NCBI GenBank assembly: GCA_052426225.1
Contig: JBNJNM010000006.1
Span: forward strand, 2,170,001 to 2,234,000
Length of the DNA: 64,000 nt
Reading direction: 5' to 3'
Origin: Zancudomyces culisetae HAW-14-8
Lineage: Eukaryota; Fungi; Kickxellomycota
Positions within the stretch are counted from its first letter, which is position 1. Every line of letters starts with the position of its first letter. Below the pieces are notes generated by a model that was given only the letters and a program-made list of their open reading frames with translations, was not told the DNA's origin and made no database searches. The translations under genes and the position numbers were made by a program. Below, piece by piece: positions 59,812-64,000 of the stretch.

Positions 59812-60308
59812 GATGTTTGGTTATTTATTATATGTATATACTTTTAAAGTTTGTTTTATTGAGTTTATTAACTATACTATTTAATCCGTAAAGTAGGACA
59901 TGGATAAAGTTACCTAATAGACTACTCTATCAATTATATATATGATTAAAAACTTAAATGTTAACCTCGTTTTTCAATATAATAAATTAACTATACACTA
60001 TTATTATGCTGTTAAGTATACTAATAGTTTTGTTTCATAATTGCAGCATACGTGCAATTAAGATTATGTGTGGGAACACATAATCATTAAAATTATTTGA
60101 TGTTCAGTATGAAAACATATTTCGTACTAGAATCATCATTATTGAATGGACTCAGCATGTAGAATTTATTTCATGCTGAGTCGAAATTAATTTGAACAAA
60201 AATTTAAACGACAATAAAAATTATAAAAATTGGCATTCCGCAATGAGTGTACAACAAAATTTCTTGTACACTATTCGGATTTGCATTACAATTCGGCTTA
60301 TTGCGACA
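59463..60308 (-). repeat. Element B 5' LTR (846 bp)
   Basis: Direct repeat of 48371-49216, followed by the PBS. Confidence 0.96.
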
Positions 60309-60673
60309 GTCGTATAATAAAGAAATTTTATTTATACCTAATGTAAAAACAATATAATTTGTAACTCTAAGTAAGTATTATCCTTGATAACTAATACCAC
60401 TTAAAGATTAACTTGTACTGATATATTGAGTGATTAGAATCTAATATTTATTAATGTGAACCAAAAAATCTGATAGATAAAACTCTCACAAAAACTCTAC
60501 CAAACCTTAAATAAAAACTAATTACGATTAAAGGGATTCAATTTTCATTGTTTTTCCTTTACGTAATTTTAGCCAATAAAACCTATCTAAAATAACTTTA
60601 TAAAATTGAACTAAAAAATATACTAAAATAAACAAAACTAAACTAAAACATAGTACTATTGTACTATACGACA
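60309..60673 (-). repeat. Element C 3' LTR (~366 bp; its original terminus now lies at 48366-48370)
   Basis: Removing B plus one TSD copy restores a perfect 9-bp terminal inverted repeat TGTCGTATA...TATACGACA; AT-rich; follows the PPT. Confidence 0.85.
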
Positions 60674-60684
60674 GCACTCCCCCT

Positions 60685-63600
60685 TTAGGCGATAATGCCC
60701 TCATTATTTTGAGCCTGTTTAAAGGTAAGTAACTTAGGTCGAAGTCGATTTGAAATTTCGGGAATCATAAATTTAGATTCATGGTACTTCTTTAGCAAGT
60801 CTCCGTTGACTAAATCTCTATTTCCGAACTGATCTGAGATTAAGTAAGCCCCCTTAGTAAACCTTTTCATAACTGTATATGGGCCTTCCCATAAACTTTC
60901 AAGCTTTCCTCTTTCATACTCTACTAACTTTAACACTTTTTCTCCAACTTGAAATTTTGTAAATTTAACTGTTTTATTATATCTTACTTTTTCAGATTCT
61001 TTTGCTGCTACAGCTTTGCGAACCCCGATTTTTCTTATTTGCGGTAAGTTACTCTTCATTAGCTCCAATCTACTTTTAACTTGTTCAACTTCATCTTCAA
61101 TTACACCATTAGATTTCCAAGTCGAGGGAATGCACATTTCGGTTCCGTACATCATCTCGGCGGGTGTATAACCAGTACTCTTGCTCTCCATAGTTCTCAT
61201 GATGAGTAACACCTTCCACAGGTAACGATCCCAATTATTTTTGTCTTTCCTACATATCTTCTGTAACAAATTTACTAACGTCTTGTTCAATCTTTCACAC
61301 TGTCCGTTGCTCTGCGGACGGTATGAAGTGGTAGGACTGTGGTCCAGCTGTAACCAGTTGAATACCTCGGTAGTAACGTTGCTGACAAAGCTCGAACCCC
61401 TATCTGTTATTATCTTCTGTGGTACACCGTAGTAAGTAACGATATTGTTTATTATAAAGTCTACTATAGTTTCACTTAACAAGTTGTCTACGGGAATGGC
61501 TATCGGCCATTTCGTGCAATAATCTATAGCTGTTAGAATATAACGATTTCCTGACTCTGAAATAGGATTGATAGGACCGATAGCGTCCATACCGAATATT
61601 TCGAACGGCTTGACTGCATGCACTGGTACCAACGGGTGTTTACGACTTCTTCCATCCTTGAAAACTTGACAAACATGACACCGCTTAACATAGTCCACTA
61701 CCTGCTTGTACAATCCTTTAGCATAATGATTTCTGCTTACTCTTACCCAAGTGTTTTCGATACCCTCGTGTGTATCGTCGTGAACCTTCTTGATCATATC
61801 TATACTCTCTTCAGCCGTCAAAACTTCTTTTAATTGTCCCTTAACCCACCTGTATATTTTGCCATCCACCTGCTTGTATGACTTAGATTTTTTCTTTATT
61901 TTTTCAGCTAACTCTTCTGAAACGTCTTGTGGCAGTGTTCCATCTAATAAAAATTGCCTAACTAAATTTTCTTCGTTTACCCAAATGTTGTAGACTTCAA
62001 TTGATTCTTCCTCAGTTGTTTCTATCAGACTACTTCGAGATAAATGGTCAGCAGGATTGACCTTCCCTGGTATATGCTCTATATCGAATTCGTAACTTCT
62101 AAGAAACATAGCCCATCTAGCTAGCCTTCCACTTAATTCTTCGCCGTTAAACATATTTAATAATGCTTTATGATCGGTTTTTATTACAAACTTCCTACCA
62201 TATAAATAAAACTTAAACTTTTTAACGGCCCAGACAACCGCCAACCCCTCCAAGTGACTGATCGAATAATTTTTCTCTGCATTACTGGTTGTTCTACTTG
62301 CATACTCCACTGGTCTTTCTTTTCCTTCAATAACTTGTGATAGTATTGCTCCAACTCCACTAACTGCAGCGTCCGTCGTAACCACAAAAGAATAATCCCA
62401 ATTTGGGTGCGCAAGCACTGGGGCTTCCGTCATCGCTTTTTTCAACTCTAAAAATGCTTCTTCTTGAGATTTTCCCCAGTTCCACTTTATTCCTTTCTTT
62501 AATAACGCAGTTAGTGGGTTAGCTATTATAGCATATTTTTCAATAAACTTACGATAATAACCTGTCATCCCCAAAAATGACTGAACTTCTTTTATGCATG
62601 TCGGTGACTTTAACTTTGAAATGGCTTCAATTTTTGTTGAACTAGTTGCAATACCTTCACCCGAAATAACATGACCCAAATAATCAATTTCTGTTAACCC
62701 TATTTTGCATTTATCTTTATGCAACTGCATCTGGCCTTGTTTTAATAATTCTAAAGCTTCCTTAAGATCTTCTACATGACTGCTTGCACTTTTTGAAAAG
62801 ACGATTATGTCGTCAACAAAAACAACTGCCTTCTTCCATAGAACTTTTTTCAACACAGTTTCCATTGTTCTTTGGAAAGTGGAAGGGCTATTTGTCAAAC
62901 CGAAAGGCATGACGTTATAGTGGTAACTCCCCCCTCCCGGCAACGCGAATGACGTCTTTTCTCGGTCTTCTTCTGACATTTTTATTTGCCAAAAGCCGCT
63001 GAGTGCATCTAAAGTAGTAAAGATGCACGCACCAGCCAAGGCCATAAACAAATCCTGAATAATCGGTAGTGGGTATGAATCTTTGACTGTAACTGCGTTT
63101 AACTTCCTATAATCTGCGCAGATGCGCAGTTTACCGTTTTTCTTCTGGACAACCACCACCGGCGAGCACCACTCGGAGTTACTAGGTGCAATTACATTTT
63201 GCTCTAACATCCTATCTATTTCTTTTCCTACTTCTTCTTGTAGACGAAACGGTATCCTGTACGGTCTTTGCTTAATTGGCCTGTTATCCGTGAGTACTAT
63301 CCTGTGCTCGGCTACATTTGTTTGCTTTAACTTGTCGATATCATCTACAAATAATTCGTTATAGTCCTGGATCAAGGCCTCTAAACCTGCTACACCATCA
63401 CCTTGTATTCCTGTTGGTGATTCCGTGAAAAAATATAAATCCCAGGTTTCCTCTACAGTATGTGCTTCTTTGGTAGTAACTAGTGGTGTTACCACTTCTG
63501 CTCTATCCACAGGTAATCTTAGTTCTGGCACTGCTAGATTTAGACTGGCTTTATGTTTTAAAAGCCAATCCATACCTAATATTATTGTTGGTGACATATT

Positions 63601-63993
63601 TCCCAACACCACCAATGATGCTACGAACTCAATTTTACTAATCATAATTGGTACACCTGACACCACACCTAGAGTTTCATGACGTTTCCCGTCCGCTGTT
63701 ATAATAACGTGCGAACTCTTCATGTTAGGCTCCAAACCAATCTTGTTCAAAGCACCTGTAGTAATCACAGAGCATGCCGCCCCTGTGTCTACCACCGCTT
63801 TCCACTGTAACTGGTAAATCTCAACCGTCATACTACAGTTTGTAGTAGCTTTTTCCTGGATTCTTATCTCGTTTAGGGCGGTCTGCGGTGAAACTTCAAC
63901 TATGTTTTTCCAATCCTGTGCAATTTTTTCCGAATTTTGAAGTAATTGAATCATGCTAATTTTTGGATAGACTTTCTCCAACTCTTCCCTCAA
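60685..63993 (-). CDS. pol: Element C polyprotein (PR-RT-RNaseH-IN), open to the window edge
   Basis: VDTGA, ILGMDWL, RICADYRKLN, FVDD, TDAA, HHCC, MDAIGP/TDRG/NGQCE, WEGPY. Confidence 0.94.
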   Translation of the reverse strand: MREELEKVYPKISMIQLLQNSEKIAQDWKNIVEVSPQTALNEIRIQEKATTNCSMTVEIYQLQWKAVVDTGAACSVITTGALNKIGLEPNMKSSHVIITADGKRHETLGVVSGVPIMISKIEFVASLVVLGNMSPTIILGMDWLLKHKASLNLAVPELRLPVDRAEVVTPLVTTKEAHTVEETWDLYFFTESPTGIQGDGVAGLEALIQDYNELFVDDIDKLKQTNVAEHRIVLTDNRPIKQRPYRIPFRLQEEVGKEIDRMLEQNVIAPSNSEWCSPVVVVQKKNGKLRICADYRKLNAVTVKDSYPLPIIQDLFMALAGACIFTTLDALSGFWQIKMSEEDREKTSFALPGGGSYHYNVMPFGLTNSPSTFQRTMETVLKKVLWKKAVVFVDDIIVFSKSASSHVEDLKEALELLKQGQMQLHKDKCKIGLTEIDYLGHVISGEGIATSSTKIEAISKLKSPTCIKEVQSFLGMTGYYRKFIEKYAIIANPLTALLKKGIKWNWGKSQEEAFLELKKAMTEAPVLAHPNWDYSFVVTTDAAVSGVGAILSQVIEGKERPVEYASRTTSNAEKNYSISHLEGLAVVWAVKKFKFYLYGRKFVIKTDHKALLNMFNGEELSGRLARWAMFLRSYEFDIEHIPGKVNPADHLSRSSLIETTEEESIEVYNIWVNEENLVRQFLLDGTLPQDVSEELAEKIKKKSKSYKQVDGKIYRWVKGQLKEVLTAEESIDMIKKVHDDTHEGIENTWVRVSRNHYAKGLYKQVVDYVKRCHVCQVFKDGRSRKHPLVPVHAVKPFEIFGMDAIGPINPISESGNRYILTAIDYCTKWPIAIPVDNLLSETIVDFIINNIVTYYGVPQKIITDRGSSFVSNVTTEVFNWLQLDHSPTTSYRPQSNGQCERLNKTLVNLLQKICRKDKNNWDRYLWKVLLIMRTMESKSTGYTPAEMMYGTEMCIPSTWKSNGVIEDEVEQVKSRLELMKSNLPQIRKIGVRKAVAAKESEKVRYNKTVKFTKFQVGEKVLKLVEYERGKLESLWEGPYTVMKRFTKGAYLISDQFGNRDLVNGDLLKKYHESKFMIPEISNRLRPKLLTFKQAQNNEGIIA

Positions 63994-64000
63994 ATTGAAC

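Larger units (their letters stand above)
48371..60308 (-). mobile_element. Ty3/gypsy LTR retrotransposon 'B' (no chromodomain), full length, interrupted by element A
   Basis: Two 846-bp LTRs (TGTCGC...CGACA), 4-bp TSD GTCG (48367-48370 / 60309-60312), PBS, PPT, gag-PR-RT-RNaseH-IN order. Confidence 0.96.
60309..64000 (-). mobile_element. Ty3/gypsy LTR retrotransposon 'C' (no chromodomain); 5' part outside the window
   Basis: Intact pol, PPT AAAGGGGGAG (60686-60677), LTR starting TGTCGTATA at 60673. Confidence 0.93.

Overview
Eukaryotic, intron-containing, AT-rich fungal DNA. The gene set and short GT-AG introns suggest an early-diverging fungus, possibly Zoopagomycota/Harpellales; this is an inference. 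Positions 1-45 kb are gene-dense: Dicer (5'-truncated), SNM1/PSO2 nuclease, ALE1-type MBOAT, HSL-family esterase, secreted kelch protein, SWD2/WDR82, GH18 chitinase, ECM33-like protein, cullin-1, p24, SWP1, COQ5, Chk2-type kinase, a GON4L/YY1AP1/DUO3-like Myb protein and a rhomboid. After ~3 kb of AT-rich DNA comes a tRNA-Arg(ACG) gene with a three-deep nest of young Ty3/gypsy LTR retrotransposons directly upstream. Two related chromodomain-less elements (C, then B) inserted 9 and 14 bp upstream of the tRNA, B one base inside C's LTR end, which suggests a tRNA/Pol III-targeting lineage. Element B has a single gag-pol ORF that starts 349 nt inside its 5' LTR and stops inside its 3' LTR. A chromovirus (A) then inserted into B's protease. 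A has Tf1-type self-priming signals, long heat-shock-element arrays in its LTR and a -1 frameshift signal.
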